Assembly: GCA_047173405.1 (NCBI GenBank) | Contig: JBCQVD010000001.1 | Location: 1 to 63,693 of the forward strand | DNA: 63,693 nucleotides | DNA from: Rikenellaceae bacterium | GTDB lineage: Bacteria; Bacteroidota; Bacteroidia; Bacteroidales; Rikenellaceae | Reading direction: 5' to 3' | Shown: positions 47,946-58,264 of the stretch, piece after piece | Position numbering within the stretch: the first letter of the stretch is position 1 | Layout of the letters: the number at the start of each line of letters is the position of its first letter | Program-made: the position numbers and the translations under genes | Notes under the pieces: generated by a model | Told to the model about the DNA's origin: nothing | The model's database searches: none | What the model saw: the letters and a program-made list of their open reading frames with translations, nothing else

Positions 47946-49079
47946 TTATTTCGTTAACTTCTTAACTATGAGCTTTAGCTCTTCGCCCCATACGTCACGA
48001 GCAACAATCTCACCCTCCTTGTTAATCAAGAAGTTAGCTGGGAGTTTCGAGATGTTGTACAACCCAATGGCGGGCGATGAAGCACCGCGCAGGTCACTCA
48101 CCGAGATCCACGGTAGGCGTTGATCCTGAACGGCGTTGATCCAACGATCCTTAGAGGTGTCGATACCAACCTGGAAGATGTTAAATCCTTTGGATGAGTA
48201 CTCTTGATATATCTCTTTAAGCTCTGCGTTCGTTGAGTTGCTGTTGCCTAGCTCTGCCGACCAGAAGTCGAGTAGGACGACGCTGCCAATGAGCGACGAA
48301 AGCTCTACGTTGTTGCCAAACATATCGGGCATGCTTAGGTTCGGAAAGTTGCTACTGTTGATATTCTCTTTGAGGGCTATTGTAGCCTCCATCGTCTTAA
48401 TCTGTGCTTCGAGCCTCTTGAGAAGGGCCGATTTAGGGTATTGCTTGCTGACCTCCTCGGCAACAGTGCGAAGATATATAACATCGCTATCTCCACAAAA
48501 TAGTTGCCTATCACCAGGGAGGTGTTGAAAAATAGCGTAGATCGCCGCGATAGATGATTTATTCTCTATGATAAAGCTAAGTTGTTGACGTTTAATTCTT
48601 TGGTACTCCGTGTTGTACTCTTTGGAGAGCGAACTACGGAACTCTTCGCTTATATTCTCTTTGGCGTACTCGATAGCGATACTATCAAGGCGCTGCATGC
48701 CCTCAATGAAGGGTTGGTAGAAGCTACGTAGAAGCTCCGACTCACCAGAGCCATTTACGGTGTAGTTCTTTGTTAAGTTGCCAACCGATGATATCGTGAT
48801 ACTCTCACCGCGCGAGGCGAGGATGGGTATGCTGTGCCAGTTATTAGAGATGGTGTAGAGCGACGGGTCGCTGGGAGCGTTGTCGACGGTGAGTCGAAAG
48901 TGACCGCTCGGGTCGAGGGCAACAGAGTCGATAACCACATTTTGATCCCCTTTGACCTTCTTGAGGTATATTGTCTGTTCGTTAGAGCCTATTATTCGTC
49001 CTGAGATCTCAATATTAGCTCTTTGGCAGCTACCGAGAGCCGTGATTCCAAGAATATATAAAACTATCTTTTTAACCAT
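47946..49079 (-). CDS. TlpA/AhpC-TSA family lipoprotein (DUF4369-like N-terminus + thioredoxin fold)
   Basis: Lipobox LGSC; VVLLDFWSA, LPWISVSD, LPANFLINKEG; no CxxC after FW. Confidence 0.8.
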   Translation of the reverse strand: MVKKIVLYILGITALGSCQRANIEISGRIIGSNEQTIYLKKVKGDQNVVIDSVALDPSGHFRLTVDNAPSDPSLYTISNNWHSIPILASRGESITISSVGNLTKNYTVNGSGESELLRSFYQPFIEGMQRLDSIAIEYAKENISEEFRSSLSKEYNTEYQRIKRQQLSFIIENKSSIAAIYAIFQHLPGDRQLFCGDSDVIYLRTVAEEVSKQYPKSALLKRLEAQIKTMEATIALKENINSSNFPNLSMPDMFGNNVELSSLIGSVVLLDFWSAELGNSNSTNAELKEIYQEYSSKGFNIFQVGIDTSKDRWINAVQDQRLPWISVSDLRGASSPAIGLYNISKLPANFLINKEGEIVARDVWGEELKLIVKKLTK

Positions 49080-49140
49080 AGGTAGAGTTACTTTTTATTA
49101 TAACAACATAAATATAGTTATTATTTTTTACTCCACAAAT

Positions 49141-49833
49141 TTATTTTGCAACATTACGCCTTTGACCGCTATTTTTTGCAGAATTACGACTCTGGTGCTG
49201 TCCTCTGCTCTGGTGTTGGCTGCGATTCTTGGCGTGATTGCGCTGTTGACCCTTACCTTGATGTTGCGTAGAGTTGTTTTTGTACTCACTACGAATATTA
49301 TTTATAGCATCTTCATTAATTTCGATGTTTCCATTGGACATCATCTTTATATCTTTAATGATCTGCTCATTGTTGGGGTGCTCCTGATTGTACTCGAAGC
49401 TTTTGCTCCTCATAAAGCGAGCAATATTGTCGACCTCACGCGCTACGGCTTTAGGGTCGCTCTCATCGCTTAGTTTTGCGATGATCTTAGATGTGTACTT
49501 TCCGTAGTGCTTATAACGAATACGTCTTTGAGAGTAGTTCAAAATGCGCGGCTTTGCCGTTAGCGCCTGACGTGATGGCTGCTCGTATGGGGAGTCTACA
49601 TCTAGCTTAAAATCAGATATTATAAAGAGGTGATCCCATAGTTTATGTGTGAAGTCGGAGGTGTCGCGAAGCATCGGGTTGAGATTTCCCATCACCGCAA
49701 TGACAGCGTGCGCTTGACGATTGCGCTCCTCTCTATCCTCGATTTTAATGAGCGACTCTACCATCCCTTGAATATGTCGTCCATACTCGGGGATAATTAG
49801 TTTACCGCGCGTGTAGTTATAGTTTTTTTTCAT
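49141..49833 (-). CDS. DUF4290 domain protein
   Basis: YNYTRGKLIIPEYGRHIQ, HKLWDHL, LDVDSPY, YKHYGK. Confidence 0.87.
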   Translation of the reverse strand: MKKNYNYTRGKLIIPEYGRHIQGMVESLIKIEDREERNRQAHAVIAVMGNLNPMLRDTSDFTHKLWDHLFIISDFKLDVDSPYEQPSRQALTAKPRILNYSQRRIRYKHYGKYTSKIIAKLSDESDPKAVAREVDNIARFMRSKSFEYNQEHPNNEQIIKDIKMMSNGNIEINEDAINNIRSEYKNNSTQHQGKGQQRNHAKNRSQHQSRGQHQSRNSAKNSGQRRNVAK

Positions 49834-50032
49834 AAAAGATAATTCATACCCTCACAGTACTGAGTACTCTTTTTGGGCAGTTGTTTAATAAATGAGGTGT
49901 TCGGACAGTACGAAAATTGGGGCTGTTTATTGCCATTAACCCCTAAGTTATCCTCTCATACCAGTTGTTGTCAAGAGAGATATTCTTGTTAACTTTGGTG
50001 CAAAAGTAAGGATTTTTTTTGCAAATACAAAC

Positions 50033-51187
50033 ATGACAAAAATTTTAGTTATTGAACAATCAAAAAGTGTGCGAAACAATCTTCACGAGCGACTTCTTTT
50101 TGAGGGTTACAAGGTTGATGCTGTTGAGGATATTAATCAAGCCGCAGGTGTTGGGCTTTACGATGTAGTGTTGGTGGACGATGCTAATTTTCGCACTCCA
50201 CACCTACTCTCGTCGAGCCTTTTTATTGTGATGTCGAACGAGTCGACAATAGAGGCAGCGGTGGCAGCAGTACACGCTGGAGCCTACGAGTTTCTAACCA
50301 AGCCGCTCGATATGAATCGACTCCTCGCCTCGGTTAGGCGTCTGGAACACGAGCGTGAGGTGAGCGTTGAGGAGTCTCATGCAGCGCCCGTAAAACGCAC
50401 CGTGAGACGCTCTAGCTCTATTGAGGTGGAGGAGATGATCGGCTGCTCTATACCGATGGTTAAACTGCGCAATATAATGGATAAGGTGGCACCATCGGAC
50501 GCGCGAGTGATGATCCTCGGTGAGAACGGCACAGGCAAGGAGATGGTTGCGCGGTGGATACACCATAAGAGTCAGCGTGCGAGCCGCCCCTTTGTCGAGA
50601 TCAACTGCGCCGCAATCCCCTCGGAACTTATCGAGAGCGAACTCTTCGGGCACGAGAAGGGAGCCTTCACCTCGGCAATAAAGATGAGACGAGGTAAATT
50701 CGAGCAGGCGCACGGCGGAACTCTCTTTATGGACGAGATTGGAGATATGTCGCTCTCGGCGCAGGCGAAGGTTCTGCGTGCACTTCAGGAGCGCAAGATT
50801 TGTCGTGTGGGTAGCGACAAGGATATAGATGTCGACGTGAGGGTGCTGGCGGCGACAAATAAAGATATTAGAGCCGAGATCGAGAGGGGTAACTTTCGCG
50901 AAGATCTATACCATCGCATAGGTGTTATAGAGATGGTTGTAGCCCCTCTGCGTCAACGTAGCGAGGATATACCTCTTCTGATAGATGCCTTCTTGAACCG
51001 TATATGCGCAGATTATAATATCTCGCCCGTGAAGAGCGTAAGCCCCGAGGCGATGAGCCGTCTCAAGACCATGAGGTGGAGCGGCAATATACGTCAACTA
51101 CGTAATATTGTTGAACGGTTGGTTATCTTATCCTCCGACTCTACGATCTCTCTGCAAGATGTAGAGGCTCATTGCGAGATATGCTAA
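50033..51187 (+). CDS. NtrX-like sigma-54-family response regulator (receiver + AAA+)
   Basis: GAYEFLTKP, GENGTGKE, ELFGHEKGAFTSA, FMDEIGDMS, WSGNIRQLRN; no C-terminal HTH. Confidence 0.88.
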   Translation: MTKILVIEQSKSVRNNLHERLLFEGYKVDAVEDINQAAGVGLYDVVLVDDANFRTPHLLSSSLFIVMSNESTIEAAVAAVHAGAYEFLTKPLDMNRLLASVRRLEHEREVSVEESHAAPVKRTVRRSSSIEVEEMIGCSIPMVKLRNIMDKVAPSDARVMILGENGTGKEMVARWIHHKSQRASRPFVEINCAAIPSELIESELFGHEKGAFTSAIKMRRGKFEQAHGGTLFMDEIGDMSLSAQAKVLRALQERKICRVGSDKDIDVDVRVLAATNKDIRAEIERGNFREDLYHRIGVIEMVVAPLRQRSEDIPLLIDAFLNRICADYNISPVKSVSPEAMSRLKTMRWSGNIRQLRNIVERLVILSSDSTISLQDVEAHCEIC

Positions 51188-51303
51188 TTAGTGTTTAATG
51201 TTAGGAGTTAAGAGTTAAGGTATTTAATCTAATCACTAATCACTTAACTCTTAACATTAATCGCTTAACATTAAACGCTTAACACTTAACGTTAAACACT
51301 AAA
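51188..51303. repeat. Inverted heptamer array filling a convergent intergenic gap
   Basis: agtgtttaatgttaggagttaagagtta followed by about ten taacact/taacatt-like units. Confidence 0.85.
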
Positions 51304-51462
51304 CTACTCCTCAACAAAGACATCCTTACCCAAGCCACAAACTGGGCATACCCAATCTTCGGGTAGTTCGTCGAAAGGAGTCATAGGTTCAATACTATTC
51401 TCTGTGTCGCCCATCTCTGGGTCATATTCATAGCCACAAGGCTCGCAAATGTACTTTTTCAT
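51304..51462 (-). CDS. Rubredoxin, 52 aa; absent from ORF track
   Basis: Manual translation [19 protein letters not shown]...[24 protein letters not shown]. Confidence 0.95.
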   Translation of the reverse strand: MKKYICEPCGYEYDPEMGDTENSIEPMTPFDELPEDWVCPVCGLGKDVFVEE

Positions 51463-51489
51463 AAAGATATAATTTCAAGTTAAAATGTC

Positions 51490-52656
51490 TTATTCTGCAA
51501 TCAGTGCGTCGGCGAGTGCGTTGAGAGCTGCTGCGTCGCTCGATTTATAGGTTGAACGTATAGTCACTATTGGCTCAAGTAGCTCAATGCCCTTCATTGG
51601 CTCGAGAAGTGCCTTCATTGTCTTAGCGGCAGTTGGTGCCCACGAACCATTCTCGATGATAGCAACGCGACGATTCTGGAAGTTCTTGCTCTTCAAGTGG
51701 TGCAGGTAGTGCTCCATAGGTGGGAATACCGAACCATCGTATGATGCCGCGGCGAGCACAAGGCTCTTGCCTACAAAGGCATCCTCTACGGCTTGAGCCA
51801 TATCATCACGGCTAAGGTCGCATAGTTCAACATCGCTCTTACCTTTCTGCTCTAGTAACTCCTTTAGCTTGATAGCTACGTTGGCGGTATTGCCGTGGAT
51901 CGAAGCGTAGCAGATAAGGATAGAGTCATCCTCGCTCTGGTAGCGGCTCCACGTATCATACATGCCGACGTAGTAACCTATATCTTCACGAAGGATAGGT
52001 CCGTGGAGAGGAGCTATTGTTGAGACCTCCACACCATCGAGTTTCTTGAGTAGAGCCTGCACGTTGGCGCCATACTTACCTACGATATTATAGTAGTAAC
52101 GACGCGCCTCACATGCCCAGCCTCCTGGAGCGTCCGAAGCACCAAACTTACCAAATCCATCTGCCGAGAAGAGCGTCTTGGTGTGGTTCTCGTAGGCTAC
52201 CATCACCTCGGGCCAGTGAACCATAGGAGCCATAATGAACTTAAGGCTGTGTGTGCCTAGCGATATCTCGTCACCCTCTTTGACTACAATCTTGTTCTGC
52301 TCAGCGATTGGAGCCTCGATAAATTGTGATATCATAGCGAAGCTCTTTGTGTTGCCGATGATCTTTATCGAAGGGAATCTATTTACGACCATCTCGATGC
52401 CTGCCGAGTGGTCAGGCTCCATGTGTAGAACAACGAGGTAGTCGGGTTCATCTCCCGCGAGAGCCGTGTCGAGCAGTGTAGACCACTCCTCTAGTTTGCG
52501 CTTGTCGACAGTGTCGAAGATAGCGATCTTGTCATCCTTGATAACGTATGAGTTGTAGCTGATACCCTCAGGGACGATATATTGAGACTCAAAAAGGTCG
52601 ATATCTTTGTCATCAACGCCAATGTATAAGATTGAGTCTGAAATATTTGCTTGCAT
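51490..52656 (-). CDS. fprA: Flavodiiron protein (FprA family)
   Basis: GISYNSY, HMEPDHS, PMVHWPE, FSADGFG, PLHGP; flavodoxin domain (YASIHGNT, ENGSW). Confidence 0.95.
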   Translation of the reverse strand: MQANISDSILYIGVDDKDIDLFESQYIVPEGISYNSYVIKDDKIAIFDTVDKRKLEEWSTLLDTALAGDEPDYLVVLHMEPDHSAGIEMVVNRFPSIKIIGNTKSFAMISQFIEAPIAEQNKIVVKEGDEISLGTHSLKFIMAPMVHWPEVMVAYENHTKTLFSADGFGKFGASDAPGGWACEARRYYYNIVGKYGANVQALLKKLDGVEVSTIAPLHGPILREDIGYYVGMYDTWSRYQSEDDSILICYASIHGNTANVAIKLKELLEQKGKSDVELCDLSRDDMAQAVEDAFVGKSLVLAAASYDGSVFPPMEHYLHHLKSKNFQNRRVAIIENGSWAPTAAKTMKALLEPMKGIELLEPIVTIRSTYKSSDAAALNALADALIAE

Positions 52657-52678
52657 ATATTTTTGTGTTTTTATTTTA

Positions 52679-52838
52679 GAAACTGTTTAAATTCTGTATC
52701 GAAGCTATTTTAAGGCTATTTTGTATTAGTTTTTATGCCTCAAATGAGGCGAATAGTGGTTCTATTTAACGATTTTGAGGTGCGAAAGATGATGCAAAAG
52801 AGCCTAAAAGAACGAAAATATAAAACTTAAACAGTTTC
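52679..52838. mobile_element. MITE (~160 bp), inverted copy of 41712-41872
   Basis: tta|gaaactgtttaaattctgtat ... atataaaacttaaacagtttc|tta. Confidence 0.88.
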
Positions 52839-53813
52839 TTATTGTACCGAACCGAAGTGGCGAAGAAATTGACTTCTTACGAGAACCTCTGCTTCGCTTT
52901 TACCTGCCGCAGAGAGGTTTGCTCGGTACTCGTCGATACTCTCGTAGCCATGGTTTTGTTGCCACTCTTTAACCTCCTCGGTTGCCTCTGCGACCCATTT
53001 ATTGCCTTTGGTATATAGCACGCTGCACACCTCTACTGCCGAGGCACCCGCTAAAATAGCCTTTACAACATCTGCGCCACTCTTAACGCCACCCGATAGT
53101 GCGACGTCGATATTTCGAACCTTTGCGGAGGTTATACCAACCCATCTAAGAGGGATGGCTAGATCCTGCGGTGTACTGAATGGACTACCTGCGACATACT
53201 CCATACTCTCGATGTCGATATCCGAGGAGTACATGCGGTTAAAGAGCACCACCGCCGCTGCGCCACAAGCTTTGAGTCGACTGATAAGTGCTACGGGGTT
53301 GGTTACGAGCGAACCGAGTTTTACTATGATAGGGATGTTGATTTGTGCCTTGATGCTGCGCACGATATCCTCGTGTGCCCTCTCCACGCGACCATCCTCG
53401 TAGTCGATACCACACTCTATACCCATAATATTAAGCTCTAGGGCGTCGGCTCCAGCCTCCTCGATGAGTCTTGCGAACTCCTCCCACTCACCATGTGTTA
53501 TGGCGCAGATGCTTGCGATGATAGGCACGGAGCACTCTTGCTTGCAGCGCTTGATAAGTTCGATATACTCGCTTAGTTCGTGTGATCGTAGGTAGCCGTG
53601 CAGGTAATCTGCACCCTCGCTGTGGTGAGTCTCTTGCGACAAGACCTCACTTTGAGAGATTATATTCTCCTCGAAGAGTGATTTAAGGACGATAGCACCA
53701 ACACCCGCCTCACAGAGGGCTATGTTGTGGGCTATGTTAGCCGTACGGCTACTGCTCGCAGCTATAATTGGGCTGCAAAGCTCTAAGCCTGCAAATGTGG
53801 TTTTTATATTCAT
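52839..53813 (-). CDS. Dihydroorotate dehydrogenase-like flavoprotein
   Basis: GAIVLKSLFEE, PIIASI, ADALELNI, PIIVKL, VLFNR, SGGV, AGASAVEVCS. Confidence 0.85.
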   Translation of the reverse strand: MNIKTTFAGLELCSPIIAASSSRTANIAHNIALCEAGVGAIVLKSLFEENIISQSEVLSQETHHSEGADYLHGYLRSHELSEYIELIKRCKQECSVPIIASICAITHGEWEEFARLIEEAGADALELNIMGIECGIDYEDGRVERAHEDIVRSIKAQINIPIIVKLGSLVTNPVALISRLKACGAAAVVLFNRMYSSDIDIESMEYVAGSPFSTPQDLAIPLRWVGITSAKVRNIDVALSGGVKSGADVVKAILAGASAVEVCSVLYTKGNKWVAEATEEVKEWQQNHGYESIDEYRANLSAAGKSEAEVLVRSQFLRHFGSVQ

Positions 53814-53877
53814 GCGTTACCTCGTAATTGTATATTTGCCAAAAGTAGATATTTTTTAACAAAAGTCAAACAGATTC

Positions 53878-55155
53878 TTACAATATATTAATTATTTTTT
53901 CGAGAGCCATAGCGCGTGATCCCTTTATGAGGATGGTATAGCCTTTAAGCTCTATTTCGGGTAGGGTTCGGAGTAACTCCTCGGTGGAGTTAAATATCTC
54001 GATATTTGATGGTTGTTCCGCGTCGTGCAGAGTTTTGAAGCTTTGGCTGAACTCCTCGCCAACGAGCACAGTTCGCACATGTGGCATCTGCTCTGCGCGC
54101 CTTACTATGTTTTGGTGCTCTTGGGTGCTCCACTCGCCTAGCTCGAACATATCGCCTAGTATCATCATCTTTTTGGAGTGCTCCGCGTAGCTGTCAGTTG
54201 CGAGGTTTGTAATGGCGACATCCATGCTTGATGGGTTGGCGTTGTAGCAATCAACGATAAGGCGGTTGCGTGGTGTTAGTTGTAGCTGTGAGCGATTGTT
54301 GGTGGGTCTATATGCAGCAATAGCTCGGTCTATATCCTCGCGCGCGGTGTTGTAGTGCTGGGCTATAGCTACCGCGGCAGCGATATTTTTTAGGTTATAC
54401 TCCCCCTCAAGGCTGTGCTGTATGCCGTTTGAAAGGTTGGTGCTATAATCTACTATATTGAGACCATTGCGACTCTCTGCCATTTGAGAAATCACACCAT
54501 CCTCTTGGGCGAAAAACGCTTCGCCTCCAGTTGATTGTAGGTAATCGAATAGCTCCCCTTTGCCTCTGCGTATCCCCTCTTCGCCACCAAAACCTTCGAG
54601 GTGGGCGCGTCCGACATTTGTGATAATACCTGCGCTGGGTTGGGCAATAGAACATAGTAGAGCTATCTCGCCCTGCGCGTTGGCTCCCATCTCAACCACT
54701 CCGATCTCGGTGGATGGAGTCATTTCAAGGAGCGTGAGCGGTACGCCGATATGGTTGTTGAGGTTGCCGCGGGTCGAGTAGACCCGATATTTAGTGGCGA
54801 GAGAGGCTGTGATAAGCTCCTTGGTTGTGGTCTTGCCGTTGGAGCCAGTGATGGCGATAATCGGTATGGATAACACCTGGCGGTGGTGGCGCGCGAGAGC
54901 TTGCAGTGTTTTGAGTGCGTCGTCTACAATGATGATACGTTGTGAATTAGCGGGGTCAATCTTCAGACTCTTGTCATCAACAATAGCATAAGCAGCCCCC
55001 TTTGAGAGAGCCTCCTCTGCGAAGAGATTGCCGTTGAATCTATCGCCACGAAGTGCGAAGTATAGCGATGACTCGGTGATGTTGCGTGAGTCGGTGCTTA
55101 TGCGTGGGTGCGATCTGAAAATATCGTATAGCTCTTTGATGGATATCATTTTCAT
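53878..55155 (-). CDS. murF: UDP-MurNAc-tripeptide:D-Ala-D-Ala ligase
   Basis: TDSR, ITGSNGKTTTKE, GNLNNHIGVP, EMGA, DCYNANPSSM, LGDMFELG, KGSR. Confidence 0.96.
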   Translation of the reverse strand: MKMISIKELYDIFRSHPRISTDSRNITESSLYFALRGDRFNGNLFAEEALSKGAAYAIVDDKSLKIDPANSQRIIIVDDALKTLQALARHHRQVLSIPIIAITGSNGKTTTKELITASLATKYRVYSTRGNLNNHIGVPLTLLEMTPSTEIGVVEMGANAQGEIALLCSIAQPSAGIITNVGRAHLEGFGGEEGIRRGKGELFDYLQSTGGEAFFAQEDGVISQMAESRNGLNIVDYSTNLSNGIQHSLEGEYNLKNIAAAVAIAQHYNTAREDIDRAIAAYRPTNNRSQLQLTPRNRLIVDCYNANPSSMDVAITNLATDSYAEHSKKMMILGDMFELGEWSTQEHQNIVRRAEQMPHVRTVLVGEEFSQSFKTLHDAEQPSNIEIFNSTEELLRTLPEIELKGYTILIKGSRAMALEKIINIL

Positions 55156-55309
55156 GAATTTAAAACGAATAACAGTGCGAAGATAGTCTATATTTGTTGT
55201 TATTCATGCAGTTATAGTGTTAAAAGTGATTTTAAAAGTGCTAAAATCACACAAATATAAAAAAAATATGTAACTTTGCACCGTGCAGTGCTATTATTGC
55301 CGCGAAAAG

Positions 55310-56023
55310 ATGGAGATAAAACTTTTTACGATACCCAATTTTATAACTCTCGCAAATCTAATTTGTGGGGCGTTAGCGATAAATCAAGTAGCTGTAAATC
55401 AGAATTATGTCGTAGCATTTGGGTTGATTATTCTTGCGGCAGTATTTGATTTCTTTGATGGCTTTGTTGCGCGTCTATTGTCCCAACAATCCGAAATAGG
55501 TCTACAACTTGATTCACTTTCAGATATGGTTTCGTTTGGCTTGGCGCCAGCGATGATCCTGTTTTATATGGCTCAAGGGGCAGAATCGTTGATTGATTGT
55601 GAACTATTATCAACAATTTGTCGATATCTGCCATTTATGGTGGTCGCATTTTCAGCCTTACGTCTTGCGAAGTTTAACATTGATAAGTCTCAGAGTAGTG
55701 AGTTTATTGGGTTGCCAACCCCCGCTTGTGCACTGTTTTGTGCCTCGGTGGCTTTGGTCTCCCAAATACAGATGGTTGCAATTCCGTTGGAGGCTGTGGC
55801 ACTAATATCGGTAGTCTTTTCGTTGTTATTAGTGTCTCCAATTAGAATGTTCGCCCTTAAGTTTAAGGATTTTGGTTGGCAAGGAAATGAGTTGAGGTAT
55901 CTATTTATAGCCGCCTCGGCATCATCAATATTGTTATTAAAGCTCTATGCCATAACGTTTATCATCCTTCTCTATGTTTCAATATCTATAGTGTGTGAGG
56001 TGATAAAGAGGATGAAGGCTTAA
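55310..56023 (+). CDS. pssA: CDP-alcohol phosphatidyltransferase (phosphatidylserine synthase type)
   Basis: IPNFIT, DFFDGFVAR, LDSLSDMVSFGLAP, LRLAKFN, FIGLPTP. Confidence 0.88.
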   Translation: MEIKLFTIPNFITLANLICGALAINQVAVNQNYVVAFGLIILAAVFDFFDGFVARLLSQQSEIGLQLDSLSDMVSFGLAPAMILFYMAQGAESLIDCELLSTICRYLPFMVVAFSALRLAKFNIDKSQSSEFIGLPTPACALFCASVALVSQIQMVAIPLEAVALISVVFSLLLVSPIRMFALKFKDFGWQGNELRYLFIAASASSILLLKLYAITFIILLYVSISIVCEVIKRMKA

Positions 56024-56044
56024 TTTTTGTTGAAGTTGATTTTT

Positions 56045-58186
56045 ATGCAGCGAAAAAGATATTTTAAAACTCTATCGACCATCGTCATACTACTAGTCGT
56101 AGTATTGATGCTTCTGCCTCAAGGTGCTAGTTATGCACAGAGTGCGAAGGATTTTCAAGAGGCGATGCAAAATGGAGAGGAGCTAACGTATGGTAATAAT
56201 CCCTTTGAGAGTGAAGAGGAGGGGGGGCAACAGCGTCCTGATACTGCAAAAAAGGAGGCTGTGTTGCGTAAACCGCTGGAGTCCTATTTCTTTAGCGATT
56301 CGCTCCGCGCTCAAGGTACGCTTAAGTGGACTATCAAGAGAGATCTCAACGAGGTAGAGTTCCAGAAACTAGATACAACCCTTACGGATTGGCGAATTGA
56401 TTACGCAATTCAAAAAGAGGGAGTTGGTGATATGTACTTGGGTGGTTTGGGTCAAGCCTCACAGCCAATAGACTATTTAGAGCGACCTCGGTATTTCAAC
56501 TTCTCGTTCGCGCAGAGCTATGACTCCTACATCTACGATATGGAGAGTACTCCGTTTTATAATGTTAAGCAACCTTTTACGCAGCTTAATTATATCGAGA
56601 GTGGTTCTAAGACATATCGAGAGGCTAACTTCTCGATTACTCACGCTCAAAATATCACGCCATCAACAGGTTTCAGCTTGAGCTACAAGTCACCTGGAAC
56701 CAAAGGTCTTTATCAGCGTCAAGATACTAAGAACCATAACTTAGCTCTCACATTCTCGCATACGGGAAAGCGTTACTCTGTGCACGCAGCCTATGTAAAT
56801 AACAACATAGAAGTTGAGGAGAGCGGAGGTGTTGTTGCCGATTGGATGATTCGAGATACGGTCTTTGATCTCTCTATTGGTATCCCTACGAAGTTAGGCG
56901 ACGCAGAGGCGACAAATCAGTACCGTAACAACTCCTTTTTTGTGGTTCAGTCGTACGGTATCCCGTTGGTTCCGATGAGCGATTATGACTTCTCGATGGA
57001 GCAGCTACCGTCGGTATATTTTGGGCACTCATTTGAGTACAATTCATGGAGCAAGAGCTACTCAGATGTTCGTGCTACATACGAAGATGAGCGAGGTTCG
57101 GTTGATGCGAATGGAGATTTTGTTACTGTCGAGGGTGAGTACTACGATAATTGGTATATAAACGGATATATGTCTCGTGATTCACTCTACGAGCAGGTTA
57201 TCTCCAATAGACTCTTTGTTCAAGCACAACCCTGGGACCGCAATGGTACGGTGGGTACATTGAGCGCTGGTCTGGGTATTGATATTCACACCTACTCTCA
57301 GTTTGTGTTGGACGATTATCTCTCGGGGGGCATGCAGGTTGACCGTGAGACAAGCTGGTACCTCTACGGCGATGTGAAGGGTATGATCCGTCGCGCGGTT
57401 GACTGGGGCGGTCACTTCAAGGTATACCCTTCGGGCTATCGAGGTGGAGATACAAGCCTCGGTGGAGACATCTCCTTTCACTCGAATATTGGCAAGCACC
57501 CTGTAAGGCTTTCGGGTAGCCTAGATATGGATATCCAGTCACCGTCGTATTGGCATAATAAGCTCTTTTCGAACCACTACGTGTGGGAGAATGACTTTAA
57601 TGCCGAGACTCAGACGAGCCTTAAGGCGAAGCTGGAGATGCCAAGTATTGGTGTGGAGCTGAGTTTCTCGCAGAGCATGGTGAGCGACAAGATATATTAT
57701 GACGCTAATGCCAATGTGGCACAATCATCTAGCTCGGTGAGCATTACGGCGCTCTATGCGCGCAAAGATTTCAAGGTCGGAGGTTTTAACTTCGGTCATA
57801 GGCTTCTCTTCCAGAGTTCGTCGGATGAGAGTGTTGTCGCAGTCCCCGACCTAAGTGCCTTTTTGTCGTATTACTACCAATTTTGGGTAGTGCCCAAGGT
57901 GTTGGAGTTGCAGATCGGTTTTGATGGTCGCTACACCACGGAGTATTATATGCCTGGTTACAACCCAGCGCTAGGTGTATTCTATAATCAGCGTGAGGTG
58001 GTTGTAGGTACAGACCCTTACGTCGACGTGTTTGTGGCGGGTAAGTGGAAAAGAATGAGAATAATTCTGAAATATCAACATATCAACGATGGATTAGTAG
58101 GCAGTGGAAACGATTTCTCTGTTGCCCATTATGCGCTAAATCCTGGTATGTTCAAATTCGGTATTTCGTGGGGATTCTATGACTAG
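56045..58186 (+). CDS. Putative outer-membrane porin (Bacteroidota type)
   Basis: Signal peptide, PFYNVKQPFT, beta-rich body, C-terminal FGISWGFYD. Confidence 0.8.
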   Translation: MQRKRYFKTLSTIVILLVVVLMLLPQGASYAQSAKDFQEAMQNGEELTYGNNPFESEEEGGQQRPDTAKKEAVLRKPLESYFFSDSLRAQGTLKWTIKRDLNEVEFQKLDTTLTDWRIDYAIQKEGVGDMYLGGLGQASQPIDYLERPRYFNFSFAQSYDSYIYDMESTPFYNVKQPFTQLNYIESGSKTYREANFSITHAQNITPSTGFSLSYKSPGTKGLYQRQDTKNHNLALTFSHTGKRYSVHAAYVNNNIEVEESGGVVADWMIRDTVFDLSIGIPTKLGDAEATNQYRNNSFFVVQSYGIPLVPMSDYDFSMEQLPSVYFGHSFEYNSWSKSYSDVRATYEDERGSVDANGDFVTVEGEYYDNWYINGYMSRDSLYEQVISNRLFVQAQPWDRNGTVGTLSAGLGIDIHTYSQFVLDDYLSGGMQVDRETSWYLYGDVKGMIRRAVDWGGHFKVYPSGYRGGDTSLGGDISFHSNIGKHPVRLSGSLDMDIQSPSYWHNKLFSNHYVWENDFNAETQTSLKAKLEMPSIGVELSFSQSMVSDKIYYDANANVAQSSSSVSITALYARKDFKVGGFNFGHRLLFQSSSDESVVAVPDLSAFLSYYYQFWVVPKVLELQIGFDGRYTTEYYMPGYNPALGVFYNQREVVVGTDPYVDVFVAGKWKRMRIILKYQHINDGLVGSGNDFSVAHYALNPGMFKFGISWGFYD

Positions 58187-58264
58187 AGACTGTAAGAGTC
58201 TAAAAACTAGTTGTATAGTTCGCGGAATTAATGTTGTCGGGTGTCGAATTTGCCCCTAAAATAG

